Of a stretch of 64,000 nucleotides of DNA, positions 1 through 11,425 are shown piece by piece. Below the pieces are notes generated by a model. That model was not told where the DNA came from. It saw only the letters and a list, made by a program, of their open reading frames with translations, and made no database searches. Source of the DNA: an uncultured bacterium (GTDB taxonomy: Bacteria > Eisenbacteria > RBG-16-71-46 > CAIMUX01); NCBI GenBank assembly GCA_964636385.1, contig CAZWSC010000010.1:12159-76158 (forward strand). The letters run 5' to 3'. The first letter of the stretch is position 1. Every line of letters starts with the position of its first letter. A program made the translations under genes and the position numbers.

Positions 1-264
1 CATGGTGACTGCATGCACCGGCTGCGAAACGAGGATCACTCCCTGGAGTTCCAGCTCCAGCCGGCGTTCGCCGATCTCAGCCACCAGATACGCTTCGGAC
101 CGCCTGCTCATCGAGAGGCGGGCTTCCAGTGCGGCGTTCTCCGCAAGGAGCACATCCCTCCGCCTCTCCAGGGCGGGAAGCGATTCACACCCCCAGGTCA
201 CGGCTGCCGCAGCCCACAGCAGGACTGCCGCGCAGGCCGAACGATGGCTGAGCGACCCCGGCAT
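1..264 (-). CDS. Lipoprotein, N-terminal part (runs off the window); possibly L,D-transpeptidase-like
   Basis: Manual translation from ATG at 264: MPGSLSHRSACAAVLLWAAAAVTWGC (lipobox-like), a coiled segment, then YLVAEIGERRLELELQGVILVS, similar to the start of the YkuD domain in the neighbouring gene. Confidence 0.55.
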   Translation of the reverse strand, partial: MPGSLSHRSACAAVLLWAAAAVTWGCESLPALERRRDVLLAENAALEARLSMSRRSEAYLVAEIGERRLELELQGVILVSQPVHAVTM

Positions 265-271
265 TGCCGGA

Positions 272-910
272 CTAGTAGATGTATATCGGGGTACCAACGG
301 CTGATGCCTTGTACAGCTCCTCCAGGTCATCATCCCCAAGCCTGATACATCCGTGCGTCACACTCTGCCCCAGAAAGCGGTCGAACAGGGTGCCGTGGAT
401 GAGATATCCGTCACCGAAGCAGAGCCCGTACATTCCGAGCACCCCCTCCTCCCGCCTCTCCGGGGAATCCACGGGGGGAACAGGCACACCCTCCTCGATG
501 AAAGCCCAGTCGGGCTTGAACCAGACCGGGGCGACCATCTTCCTGCGAACCTGGAACACTCCCCTGGGAGTGTTAAATACCCAGCGACGCCGCCCGCCCG
601 GACTGACGAGCTCTGAGCCGCTGCCGGTCGAGCACATTGCGTCCAGAATCACCCCGCCATTCTCACGAAGCTGAAGCCTGTTCAGGGTGGTACTGACGAC
701 GATGTACCTGCCTTCAGGCTGCAGCCCGGAGAAGCGGTCCCGCAACTCCCGGTTGCGCCGCTGAAGTTCGTCCACCTCGCTGTACAGGCTGTCGCGGCAG
801 GACACCCCGGGTGACGGCCCCTCTCCAGGATCGGTCGAGGAGGACCCCGCACAAGCGACAGAGATGATCATGATGTGGACGAACGCGGTTATGCACCGAA
901 GACGGCTGAT
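272..910 (-). CDS. L,D-transpeptidase (YkuD family) lipoprotein
   Basis: Motifs YIVVSTTLNRLQL, CSTG, TPRGVF, W-KPDW and catalytic IHGT...SVTHGCIRL. Start uncertain; an ATC at 910 follows SD AGGAGG. Confidence 0.85.
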   Translation of the reverse strand: MSRLRCITAFVHIMIISVACAGSSSTDPGEGPSPGVSCRDSLYSEVDELQRRNRELRDRFSGLQPEGRYIVVSTTLNRLQLRENGGVILDAMCSTGSGSELVSPGGRRRWVFNTPRGVFQVRRKMVAPVWFKPDWAFIEEGVPVPPVDSPERREEGVLGMYGLCFGDGYLIHGTLFDRFLGQSVTHGCIRLGDDDLEELYKASAVGTPIYIY

Positions 911-920
911 GGCGTTCCTC

Positions 921-1574
921 CTACTTGCCGACTCCGCGAATGGCCCGCCGCTTCTCGATCGCCATCTCCACCTCGGCGACAAGACGCATCGCCTCCTGGT
1001 TACCATGCCTGGCAAGGGACAGCGCCTCGGTGTATCTGCCCTCCTCCAGCGCGTCACCGACAGGGGTGAGCGAAGCCTCCGCGGCATCCAGGTCGGCGGA
1101 TATCTGGTCGATCACTTCGCGCGTTTCCTTGGCCCTCCGCAGCGCTGCCCCCTCCGGACCGGCAATCATTGCACGGCCGCGACCGATCGTCTCATGCGCG
1201 GCGCCGAGAGCCGCCTCGGCCTCGCTGCGGATTCGGGCCTTTCCGGTCTCCACGTTGGTCTGTGCCTGCTCCGCCGCCTGCCTGGCGCCTTCAGCCAGTT
1301 CCTTTGCCCTGTTGTAGTTTCTGAACGGCGCCAGCTTGCCGTTCTGGGCGTTGACCTCCGCCTCGGCCTCGGCAAGCGCGTCGGTCGCTGCCCTTAGATC
1401 TGCAGGCGCATATTCGGCAGCCCCCATCTCCCTGGCCGTCTCGATCGCCGCCCGCGCGGAATCCAGCTCGTTCTGCGGCGGCTTGGCGCAGGACGCCGTC
1501 ACCAGGGAGACAACCACAATCGATGCCATAAGAACCCAGGTGCGGGTTCCCTTCGAGTTCCGGATCTGCATCAT
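921..1574 (-). CDS. DUF4398-like helical lipoprotein
   Basis: Lipobox TASC followed by AKPP, GAAEYAP motif, Ala-rich helices. Confidence 0.7.
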   Translation of the reverse strand: MMQIRNSKGTRTWVLMASIVVVSLVTASCAKPPQNELDSARAAIETAREMGAAEYAPADLRAATDALAEAEAEVNAQNGKLAPFRNYNRAKELAEGARQAAEQAQTNVETGKARIRSEAEAALGAAHETIGRGRAMIAGPEGAALRRAKETREVIDQISADLDAAEASLTPVGDALEEGRYTEALSLARHGNQEAMRLVAEVEMAIEKRRAIRGVGK

Positions 1575-1773
1575 GGGATCAGCACTCCTTTCGCCCGGAC
1601 GGTCGCAGCGTTACCTGCGCCTGCGCCCGGGCCTTGATACCTCCGACTCACGATACCGGGGTCCGACACAAGTGATGCGCCCTCCCGCCACGCTGTCAAG
1701 ACCTGTGTCCGGCGGGTTTGCACCCTGCCCGACATGTTGGAGCATCTGCGGGACTACGCAAGCGGCAAAGCAA

Positions 1774-2796
1774 TCAGAACCGGAACTCCAGGCTGAACCT
1801 GTGGACGGACGGCAGTGTCCTCATCTCCGAGTACGAGTAGTCGATGCGGCTTTCCCGGATCCACCCGGTCGGCACCCGCAGACCGGCTCCCGCCGACCAT
1901 AGCTCCGAGTCGAAGCGGTAGAACCACCCGGCCCTCAGGAACACCAGCGAGCGGTACCCGTATTCCGCGCCTGCATTCAGCCGCTCATGGTTGTCCGGCG
2001 GATGGGAGAACTCCGTTGCAAGGGTCAATGTCGTGACATCGCTGTTGATCACCGGAAAGGACATCCCAACCCGGAAGATCGTGGGCAACTTGGCCGGACT
2101 GTCCATGTAGTCCAGCGTGCTGCCGATGTTCTGTATCGCCATGCCTATCCTGAACGAGCGGAACCCGGTGTCGTACAGGGTGCCGAAGTCGAAGGCAACA
2201 GCGTGCGCGGTGTATCCCGCAAGATTCGAGTTCAGGTAGCTCATCCCGATGCCGGCGGAGAACTTGTCCGTCATGGAGCGGGCGTACGCGAGACCCACGG
2301 CCAGATCGCCGGCGTCGAACCAGGTCCCGTCGCCCTCGGGGTGAAAGACCGTCCTGACGCGTTCCCGGGGCATGTACATGCTCCGGGCGTTCACGGCAAA
2401 GGTCCCGGGCATCAGGTTCGTGCGGGTCACATAGGTTGCCTGAACGTACTCAATACCGGCCCACCACTGGGTGTGATTCAGGGAAAGGATGCTGCCTTCG
2501 TTCCGTGCCAGACCGGCCGGGTTCCAGAACACGGCGGTAGCGTCATCCGCAATGGCTGTAAACGCCTGGCCCATCGAGGTGGCCCTGGCACCGATCGGAA
2601 GCTTAAGAAACTGGGCCCCGATCGTCCCCACCTTGGCGAACTCCTCCGCAGCGGGCGCAATCCCTGCGGATGAAGCCACCAGGGCGGCAGCGATCAGGAC
2701 TGAGCAGAACCGTTGTGTCGTACTCGGCCCTTCGGCTCGGTGCAAAGCCCGAGAAGCGACCAGGCAGCCGCGGCGCAGGCCACGCGAAGATTCCAT
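1774..2796 (-). CDS. PorV/PorQ (UPF0164)-family outer-membrane beta-barrel
   Basis: Signature GAQFLKLPIGARATSMG...AVFWNPAGL, signal peptide, C-terminal Phe. Confidence 0.8.
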   Translation of the reverse strand: MESSRGLRRGCLVASRALHRAEGPSTTQRFCSVLIAAALVASSAGIAPAAEEFAKVGTIGAQFLKLPIGARATSMGQAFTAIADDATAVFWNPAGLARNEGSILSLNHTQWWAGIEYVQATYVTRTNLMPGTFAVNARSMYMPRERVRTVFHPEGDGTWFDAGDLAVGLAYARSMTDKFSAGIGMSYLNSNLAGYTAHAVAFDFGTLYDTGFRSFRIGMAIQNIGSTLDYMDSPAKLPTIFRVGMSFPVINSDVTTLTLATEFSHPPDNHERLNAGAEYGYRSLVFLRAGWFYRFDSELWSAGAGLRVPTGWIRESRIDYSYSEMRTLPSVHRFSLEFRF

Positions 2797-2841
2797 AGCG
2801 GGAAGCCTCCCGACCCCTTCCCGACTTCAGGGTCGGTCGCC

Positions 2842-2869
2842 ATTATACAAATGCCTGAGCGCCGGACAA
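2842..2869 (-). promoter_or_regulatory. sigma70-type promoter for the PorV-like gene
   Basis: TTGTCC-N16-TATAAT on the minus strand. Confidence 0.5.
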
Positions 2870-2916
2870 GAGCTGTCGGGCGGCGCGCACCGAAGAACTT
2901 CCGCGGCAGCTTCGGG

Positions 2917-3507
2917 CTAGAGGTTCCGGTCCCCGGGCTTCCAGTTGCACGCAGTCAGACCGCCGGTCTTGATGGCCTGAACCGTGCGGAGCGTTTCGGC
3001 GATGTTCCTGCCCGTCTCCAGGAAGTTGACCGTGGACGACAAGAGCCTGCCTTCGGGGTCGATGATGAAGGTGCCGCGAAGAGCGCATCCCTTGTCGCGC
3101 AACAGGACGCCGTACTTGCGGCTGATCTCCTTCGTCAGGTCGGAGATGAGGGGAAATCCCACCTTTCCGAGACCGTTCTCCACCCATGCCTTGTGCACGA
3201 ACTGGGAGTCTACGCTCACACCCAGGATCTGCGCGCCCTCCTTCTCGAACCCGGAGCGAAGATCCTCAAACCCACGGATCTCGGTCGGACACACGAAGGT
3301 GAAATCCAGCGGCCAGAAGAAGAGTACAACGTACCTGCCGCGATAGTCAGAAAGACTTACGGTTCCGAAAGACCCGTCAGGCATGAGGGCTTCGGCCTCG
3401 AATCCCGGCGCTTCCTGCCCGACAGCGGCCGTCTCACAGCAGCATCCATCTCCACAGCAACAACAGCAGATACAATTGGAATCATCCTTGCGCAGATCTT
3501 CCGACAT
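2917..3507 (-). CDS. ahpC: 2-Cys peroxiredoxin (AhpC/Tsa) with Cys-rich N-terminal extension
   Basis: FWPLDFTFVCPTE, GRN and resolving ACNWKPG motifs. Confidence 0.9.
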   Translation of the reverse strand: MSEDLRKDDSNCICCCCCGDGCCCETAAVGQEAPGFEAEALMPDGSFGTVSLSDYRGRYVVLFFWPLDFTFVCPTEIRGFEDLRSGFEKEGAQILGVSVDSQFVHKAWVENGLGKVGFPLISDLTKEISRKYGVLLRDKGCALRGTFIIDPEGRLLSSTVNFLETGRNIAETLRTVQAIKTGGLTACNWKPGDRNL

Positions 3508-3620
3508 TACGGCATGCTCCTCTCGTCAGCGGGTGTTCAGTTTTCCGACTGTTCGTGGCCACAGGGAGTTCGATGCCCCGCCAGCGCGGGTGACGGTGGA
3601 AAACGGGTCACTGAAGTCCT

Positions 3621-4250
3621 TCAGATGTCGTCCATCCCGACCAGTGCACCTGACGCCGGCCTCTCCCCGGACCGGACCATCCCGACGAACCAGGGATGAA
3701 CATGGTTGTGGCCGGACATCTCGGGATGGAAAGCGGCGGCCAGGATCGTCCCCTGCTCCACGAGTACCGGCTCACCTCGCAGCCTTCCTGCCACCCGCAC
3801 GCCTGGTCCGACCTCACGGATCCTGGGCGCCCGGATGAAGACCATCTCGCTCTCGATCCGTCGGCCCGGGTTCAGCTCCAGCAGGCCGGTTTCGACGAAA
3901 CTGTCGACCTGCCTGCCATAGGCATTCCGCTCGACAACCGCATCGAGGAGGCCGAGGCTGACCTGGGATGGCTGATCCACCCGGCGCGCAAGCAGGATGA
4001 GACCGGCGCAGGTCCCGAGGATGCTTCCCCCGCGGGCGTGGAAGCGGATCAGGGCCTCATCCAGCCCCCGTGCCCGCATCAGAAGGAGCAACGCCGTGCT
4101 CTCTCCCCCGGGAAGGACGACGCCACCGAGGCCGTCCAGGTGCTCAGGAACGCGAACCTCAGACACATCGGCACCCGCACGCTCCAGGGCTGCGCGGTGC
4201 GCGGCGAAGTCGCCCTGCAGGGCCACGACGCCGACTCTGACACTGGCCAT
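3621..4250 (-). CDS. pdxT: PLP synthase glutaminase subunit
   Basis: GVVALQGDF, PGGEST, GTCAG, RNAYGRQVDSF, FIRAP, FHPE. Confidence 0.96.
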   Translation of the reverse strand: MASVRVGVVALQGDFAAHRAALERAGADVSEVRVPEHLDGLGGVVLPGGESTALLLLMRARGLDEALIRFHARGGSILGTCAGLILLARRVDQPSQVSLGLLDAVVERNAYGRQVDSFVETGLLELNPGRRIESEMVFIRAPRIREVGPGVRVAGRLRGEPVLVEQGTILAAAFHPEMSGHNHVHPWFVGMVRSGERPASGALVGMDDI

Positions 4251-4342
4251 TCAGGAATCCCCCAACGCGAACAACTTATGATGCCTCGGCTGTGACACCG
4301 GAAATGCGAGCGAGTACCGGATGCGTCACAGATGACACCGCG

Positions 4343-5224
4343 CTACCACCCGCGGGTCTGCAGGAGCTGGTCGGGGGTCATCTTCGACACCTCGAGGCTG
4401 GCCATGGCTTCGCCGAGGTCCTCGGATATGCGCGCGAGTGTGTCCGGGTCCTGGTAGTGGGCGACCGCCTCGACTATCGCGCGGGCGCGAACTGCCGGGT
4501 CTTCGGACTTGAAGATGCCGGATCCGACGAACACCGACTCCGCGCCCAGCTGCATCATGAGCGCCGCATCTGCAGGGGTTGCGATCCCCCCGGCGCTGAA
4601 GTTGGGCACCGGAAGCCTGCCGGTCTTCGCGACCAGACGGACCAGTTCATACGGCGCCTGCATCTCCTTCGCCTTCGACATGAGCTCGTCGTCGCGCAGG
4701 ATGGTCAGCTCCCTGATCCCCCCGGTCACGGCGCGCATGTGACGCACAGCCTCCACCACGTCGCCTGTCCCGGCCTCGCCCTTGGTACGGATCATCGCAG
4801 CCCCCTCGCCGATGCGGCGCAGCGCCTCGGCCAGGTTGCGGCACCCGCACACGAAAGGGACCGTGAAGGCATGCTTGTCGACGTGGTGGGCCTCGTCGGC
4901 CGGGGTCAGCACCTCGCTCTCGTCCACGAAATCAACGCCCAGGGCCTCAAGGATCCGGGCTTCCACGAAGTGTCCTATCCGGCACTTGGCCATGACAGGG
5001 ATGGAGACCACGGCCATGATCTCCTTGATCTTCCTCGGGCTCGCCATGCGGGCCACGCCACCGTCCCTGCGGATGTCCGCGGGCACACGCTCCAGTGCCA
5101 TCACTGCGACCGCACCGGCATCCTCGGCGATCTTCGCCTGCTCGGCATTGGTCACGTCCATGATCACACCGCCCTTCAGCATCTCCGCCAGGCCGGTCTT
5201 GAGTCTCGGTGTACCGGTTTCCAT
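4343..5224 (-). CDS. pdxS: PLP synthase lyase subunit
   Basis: [45 protein letters not shown]. Confidence 0.98.
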   Translation of the reverse strand: METGTPRLKTGLAEMLKGGVIMDVTNAEQAKIAEDAGAVAVMALERVPADIRRDGGVARMASPRKIKEIMAVVSIPVMAKCRIGHFVEARILEALGVDFVDESEVLTPADEAHHVDKHAFTVPFVCGCRNLAEALRRIGEGAAMIRTKGEAGTGDVVEAVRHMRAVTGGIRELTILRDDELMSKAKEMQAPYELVRLVAKTGRLPVPNFSAGGIATPADAALMMQLGAESVFVGSGIFKSEDPAVRARAIVEAVAHYQDPDTLARISEDLGEAMASLEVSKMTPDQLLQTRGW

Positions 5225-5246
5225 CTTGCTTCCTCCCTGCTCCGTG

Positions 5247-6770
5247 CTAGAAAAACGGCCCGGTCTGGTGCGCCTGCCCGGCGTCCGACGGGCCTTCAGT
5301 TATCAGTGAACCCAGTATCCTGATTCCCCGTTCTATCCGTTCCCTGGTCTCCCGTATGTAGGAGAGCCGGAAGCTGCCATGTCCGCCTCCGGTCGGATAG
5401 AAGACGACCCCCGGCGTGAACTCCACGCCGGCAGCCCTTGCCCGCTGTAGCAGTTCCAGCGAGTCGAGACCGTCCTCCCCCGACACCCAGAGGGTCAGCC
5501 CTCCCTTCGGCCGGGTCCATCTCACACCGCCGGGGAAGCTGCTGCCCATAGCATCCAGCATCGTTGACAAACGCCGGCCGTATACCTCCCTCACCCGCTC
5601 CAGGTGCCGGTCAAGCAGTCCGCGCCGGCAGAAGAGGTCCATTGCGTGCTGGGCCAGTGAACTCGAGGCGAAGTCAGCCATCAGCTTCAGCTCCCTCAGC
5701 GCCAGCACCAGCGGCTCCGGCGCGACAACCCAGCCCAACCGCAGCCCCGGGAACAGAATCTTGGAAAAACTCCCCATCAGGACGACCACTTCATGTTGAT
5801 CGGCCGCCTTGATCGGTCTGGGAGGCACACCGTTGTAATAGAGGTCGGAGTCGAACTGGTCTTCGACGACCGGCACGCGGTGCCTGCGGCAGATGTGAAG
5901 CAGCTCATCGACACGCCGGCTGGAGAGATTCAGCCCTGTCGGATTCTGGAAGACCGGCATCACGTAGAGCAGGCGGGGAGTGTTGCGGGACAGAACCTGC
6001 TCGAGCACATCGAGGCGAATCCCCTCCTCGTCCACCGGAACTCCTGTGACTCGGGCGCCGTTGGCCTGGAAGAGCCTGAAGCCGTTCCCGTAGCCCGGCT
6101 CCTCCACGGCCACGTGGTCTCCCTCGTGCAGAAGGAGGCGTGAAACAAGGTCCAGGCCCTGCTGGGAGCCTGACACGATGACAACCTGCTCCGGGCTGCA
6201 CTCCACGCCCCTCGCCTCGAGCCGTCCGGCGACCCACTCGCGCAGGGAGTGGAGGCCCTCGGGCGGGCCGTAGTCCAGTGCCGCCGATCCATGCGCCGAC
6301 AGGACATCCTCCAGAATTGCGCGGATCTCGTCAGTGGGGTAGAGGTCCGGATCAGCGGTCGCGCCGGTGAAACGTATGCGCTCATCCTTGGCGCCCGGGG
6401 CGGCCCAGAAGCGCCACGGTTCCGGCTGCAGCCCGGTGCGGCGCACGATAAGGCCCTCCCAGGAGAGCCTGTCGTCCTCCTTCGTCAGTGCGCTCGAGCC
6501 GGGGCTGGCCACCGCGCTCCCGGGAAGGTGCTCAGAGACGAAAGTCCCCTGCCCCACCCCCGATGTGACCCATCCCCCGGTCTTGAGCAGCTGATAGGCC
6601 TGCGCCACGGTCCGGCGATGCACGCCGAGATCCTGCGCCAGGTCCCTGCTCGAGGGTAGCTTCGTCCCTGGACCCAGCCTGTCGGACCGGATCGACAGCA
6701 GCAATCCGGCTGCGATCTGCCGGTAGATCGGCTCCTCAGAGCCCCTGTCCAGCTGCACTCCCCAGTCCAT
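5247..6770 (-). CDS. MocR/GabR-family GntR regulator with PLP aminotransferase domain (PdxR-like)
   Basis: wHTH ([31 protein letters not shown]) plus [28 protein letters not shown]; lies directly upstream of pdxST. Confidence 0.9.
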   Translation of the reverse strand: MDWGVQLDRGSEEPIYRQIAAGLLLSIRSDRLGPGTKLPSSRDLAQDLGVHRRTVAQAYQLLKTGGWVTSGVGQGTFVSEHLPGSAVASPGSSALTKEDDRLSWEGLIVRRTGLQPEPWRFWAAPGAKDERIRFTGATADPDLYPTDEIRAILEDVLSAHGSAALDYGPPEGLHSLREWVAGRLEARGVECSPEQVVIVSGSQQGLDLVSRLLLHEGDHVAVEEPGYGNGFRLFQANGARVTGVPVDEEGIRLDVLEQVLSRNTPRLLYVMPVFQNPTGLNLSSRRVDELLHICRRHRVPVVEDQFDSDLYYNGVPPRPIKAADQHEVVVLMGSFSKILFPGLRLGWVVAPEPLVLALRELKLMADFASSSLAQHAMDLFCRRGLLDRHLERVREVYGRRLSTMLDAMGSSFPGGVRWTRPKGGLTLWVSGEDGLDSLELLQRARAAGVEFTPGVVFYPTGGGHGSFRLSYIRETRERIERGIRILGSLITEGPSDAGQAHQTGPFF

Positions 6771-6849
6771 TGCTGTATCCTCCGCCGGGAGATGCCCCGA
6801 TCGCCAGGTAACGGAGCCTGTCACAGTGCTTCGGCCCGGCTGGCGACAA

Positions 6850-6970
6850 TGGTCCAATTGGCCCACCTGGGTTCCATTCGCGGCCTTACATCATGACAAT
6901 ACGCCCGTGAACACGGCAGATCAAGGGACCACTTTGAGTATTGGTCCCCTCCTTTGGGCCAAATGGACGA
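6850..6970. promoter_or_regulatory. Putative MocR/PdxR operator (repeat array)
   Basis: 16-bp inverted repeat 6850-6865 / 6955-6970 (14/16 match) and a 7-bp inverted repeat GGGACCA..TGGTCCC at 6925-6948. Confidence 0.5.
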
Positions 6971-7125
6971 TCAGGGCCTGTGATCCCAGGCTGGTCACGA
7001 ATACGGGATTGCGCCCTCACTCGCCGCTCGACATACTGCACCGACCTGTAACCGGAAGCCGCGGGGATCGGCTGGTGGACCAGGGCGAGACCGGCCGGGA
7101 TCGGCCACTGACAGAGGGCAGGGTG

Positions 7126-7692
7126 ATGGCGGTCTACAGGGATCTACCCACGTTCAACACCTCCGAGCGACTCTGGCACTGGGGAGAGGTCCCTGAGTAC
7201 TTCCGCCGTCAGTGTCGCGACACCGCCGCTTTCGTCGGGGAGACCCCGGCGCCGGTCCTGGACCTGGGTGAGCTCAATCCGAAGATCCAGATCATTCGGG
7301 AGACTGTGGGATTCGAGTTCACCTCCTGCGACGGAATCGACTTCGAGTGTGACCGCATTCCGGGAGGACCGTATGGGACGATCTTCGCCCTCGAGATCCT
7401 GGAGCACCTCTTCAACCCCCTGTTCTTCCTGGAGAGCATCCGGATGGCCCTGCAGCCCGACGGGGTGCTCTACCTCTCCACACCCGGCCGGCCGAAGTTC
7501 CTCTGGACCGACCAGCACTACCACGAGATAGACGACACTCGGATCTCGTGGCTGTTCGGGAGGGCGGGGTTCCGGGTCGCAAGGCATGGGAGGATTTCGC
7601 TGCGGCGGCCACTGCTGCAGCACCTGCGGGGTCTGCGCCCGATGCTGCGCCTTTTCACTTATACAAGGATTTACGAGCTGCGGATCACCTGA
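7126..7692 (+). CDS. Class I SAM-methyltransferase-like protein
   Basis: VLDLG motif I, EILEHLFNP, LQPDGVLYLSTP. Confidence 0.7.
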   Translation: MAVYRDLPTFNTSERLWHWGEVPEYFRRQCRDTAAFVGETPAPVLDLGELNPKIQIIRETVGFEFTSCDGIDFECDRIPGGPYGTIFALEILEHLFNPLFFLESIRMALQPDGVLYLSTPGRPKFLWTDQHYHEIDDTRISWLFGRAGFRVARHGRISLRRPLLQHLRGLRPMLRLFTYTRIYELRIT

Positions 7693-9010
7693 CACCGCCG
7701 GCATCCGGCCAGACCCGCTCGGCGGCCCCATCCCCGACAATCTGCGTACGGAACCCCGCGCGGCGCAGCTTGCCGAGATCGCGGCGGTCCAGCCAGAGTT
7801 CGGACCAGACGCGGCCGTCGTGATGGTTCTCCGCCCTGAACTCGCCCCGGCGGGCCAGCTTCTTCAGAAGCGGAAGGCGTTCAACCGGACATTCCACCCT
7901 CACGGCAACGCGGAGATCGCGAAGCGTCGCGGTCAGACGCGCCTTCAGCATTTCCCGGTCACCATCCGAGAACGCCGACAGAAGCACCGCCTCAGGATAG
8001 GTGATGCGGGATTCCATCTCCTCCTCCGTACCGTGAAGCAGATCAGCCTTGTTGAGGATCAGGATACGCGGAATCTCGTGGTCGAGCAGCTCTTCCAGTA
8101 CATCCTCCACCGCCTGGATCTGCGCCTGCCTGGCCGGATGCGAAGCGTCCGCAACGTGCAGGAGAAGGTCGGCAGTCCCGACCTCGCGCAGGGTCGCCCG
8201 GAATGAAGCAACCAGGTGATGCGGCAGCTTCCGGATGAAACCCACCGTGTCGGAAATCAGGACCTCGTTGCTTCCCGAAAGCCGGAGTCTTCGGGTCGTG
8301 GTGTCGAGAGTGGCGAAGAGCTTGTCCTCTTCCAGGACCAACGAGCGAGTGAGGCGGTTGAACAGGGTCGACTTGCCTGCATTTGTATAACCTACGAGGC
8401 AGATGCGGAAAGCACCCCGGCGGCCACGCGACTGCGTTTCCCGCTCGGTCTCGATCTCGCCGAGACGCCTGGCCAGTACGGCGATCTTCTCCCGTACCCG
8501 CCGCCTGTCGACCTCGAGCTGGGTTTCCCCCGGGCCGCGAGTGCCTATTCCGCCGCCGGTGCGGGAGAGATGGCCCCACATGCCGGCCAGGCGCGGCAGC
8601 AGGTAGCGCAGCTGGGCCAGTTCCACCTGCAGCTTGGCCTCACGCGTCCTGGCGCGCTGTGCGAAAATGTCCAGAATGATCTCGGTCCGGTCCACCACCC
8701 GGACCTTCAGGGATTCCTCGAGGTTGCGGACCTGGGCAGGGCTGAGATCCTCGTCGCTGACCAGGATGTCGGCTTCATGCTGCCGGACCGCCTCCCCGGC
8801 ATCGCTCAACTTCCCCCTGCTGAGGAACCTGCCGGGGTGAACGGATTCCCGCCTCTGGTAAATCCGGGCGACCTCCCCTGCTCCTGCTGTTGCCACAAGG
8901 CGGGAGAGTTCGTCGAGGGTGTCCTCCTCTCCTTCGGGACGGATGAACCCGACCAGCACGGCGCGCTCGGCTTTCGCGGCCCTCTGGTCAAACTGAAACT
9001 GGTCGCTTAT
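7685..9010 (-). CDS. hflX: Ribosome-splitting GTPase HflX
   Basis: ILDIFAQRA, EAKLQVELAQL, GTRGPGETQLE, GYTNAGKST, DKLFATLD, DTVGFI. Start is either ATA 9010 or ATG 9052. Confidence 0.96.
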   Translation of the reverse strand: MSDQFQFDQRAAKAERAVLVGFIRPEGEEDTLDELSRLVATAGAGEVARIYQRRESVHPGRFLSRGKLSDAGEAVRQHEADILVSDEDLSPAQVRNLEESLKVRVVDRTEIILDIFAQRARTREAKLQVELAQLRYLLPRLAGMWGHLSRTGGGIGTRGPGETQLEVDRRRVREKIAVLARRLGEIETERETQSRGRRGAFRICLVGYTNAGKSTLFNRLTRSLVLEEDKLFATLDTTTRRLRLSGSNEVLISDTVGFIRKLPHHLVASFRATLREVGTADLLLHVADASHPARQAQIQAVEDVLEELLDHEIPRILILNKADLLHGTEEEMESRITYPEAVLLSAFSDGDREMLKARLTATLRDLRVAVRVECPVERLPLLKKLARRGEFRAENHHDGRVWSELWLDRRDLGKLRRAGFRTQIVGDGAAERVWPDAGGVR

Positions 9011-9072
9011 CTCAACCTCCTTCCATATGCGCGGATCGCCCGGGTCGATCATACCTCATCCGGCGCCGCATG

Positions 9073-9114
9073 GAAAACCAACGCCCCGGCTCCAGTCGAG
9101 ACCGGAGTCGGGGC
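9073..9114 (-). terminator. Rho-independent terminator-like hairpin after groEL
   Basis: GC-rich stem 9083-9114 followed on the minus strand by GTTGGTTTTC. Confidence 0.5.
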
Positions 9115-9199
9115 TGTCAGAACCCCCTTCCCTGCAACCTCCCGGCGCCGGCGAAGGGAGAAAGCTCCAGGACCTGTGGTGAGCTGGGCCCTGCGCGGC

Positions 9200-10798
<1,599 letters not shown>

Positions 10799-10957
10799 TG
10801 TCTGTAACCTCCATCTGTTCTGCGGCATCCCGGGCGCCCTCACTCGGGCCGGATCGCCGCTTCATCCGCTTCCTGGGCCCTGTGCACTCCTGCTCTCAGG
10901 CCCCGCCACCAGCTCCTGGACCATTGCAGGCCCGGAAGCTCCGTATTAACCGTGGCA

Positions 10958-11266
10958 CTACTTCTCGACGATGCCGAGAACGTCGTCCTCCCGCATTATC
11001 ACGTACTCCTGGCCGTCGATCTTGACCTCGCTGCCGGCATACTTGCTCATCAACACCCGGTCGCCGATCTTCACCTCAAGCTTCTGCAGCTTGCCGTCTT
11101 CGGTCGTCTTGCCAGGCCCGACCGCGATGATCTCGCCCTGCATCGGCTTCTCTTTGGCGGTGTCGGGAATGATAATCCCTCCCCGGACTTCTTCTACCTC
11201 CTCGATTCGCTTGACCAGGATCCGGTCACCCAAGGGGCGAATCTTGACAGAGCCTTTCGCAGCCAT
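10958..11266 (-). CDS. groS: Co-chaperonin GroES
   Basis: [39 protein letters not shown]. Confidence 0.98.
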   Translation of the reverse strand: MAAKGSVKIRPLGDRILVKRIEEVEEVRGGIIIPDTAKEKPMQGEIIAVGPGKTTEDGKLQKLEVKIGDRVLMSKYAGSEVKIDGQEYVIMREDDVLGIVEK

Positions 11267-11409
11267 CGAACCCTCCTCCTCTTCTGTCTCCGAGATTCTT
11301 CCGGCGCGGGCATCCCGCCTCAACCGGGGTAATCTACTAACTGCCAATGAGGTCCGGCGAACGCAGGTATGCGCCGCCGGACCGCAATCATTCGATGCTA
11401 TACAGGTAC

Positions 11410-11425
11410 GCAACAGGTGTGCCAG
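11410..11425 (-). promoter_or_regulatory. sigma54 (-24/-12) promoter for groESL
   Basis: CTGGCACACCTGTTGC matches TGGCAC-N5-TTGC. Confidence 0.65.

Noticed and set aside
2917-3507. Selenocysteine recoding in the peroxiredoxin
   Set aside because: Both catalytic positions are Cys codons and there is no in-frame TGA.
11270-11410. CIRCE element upstream of groES
   Set aside because: No TTAGCACTC-N9-GAGTGCTAA-like inverted repeat found.
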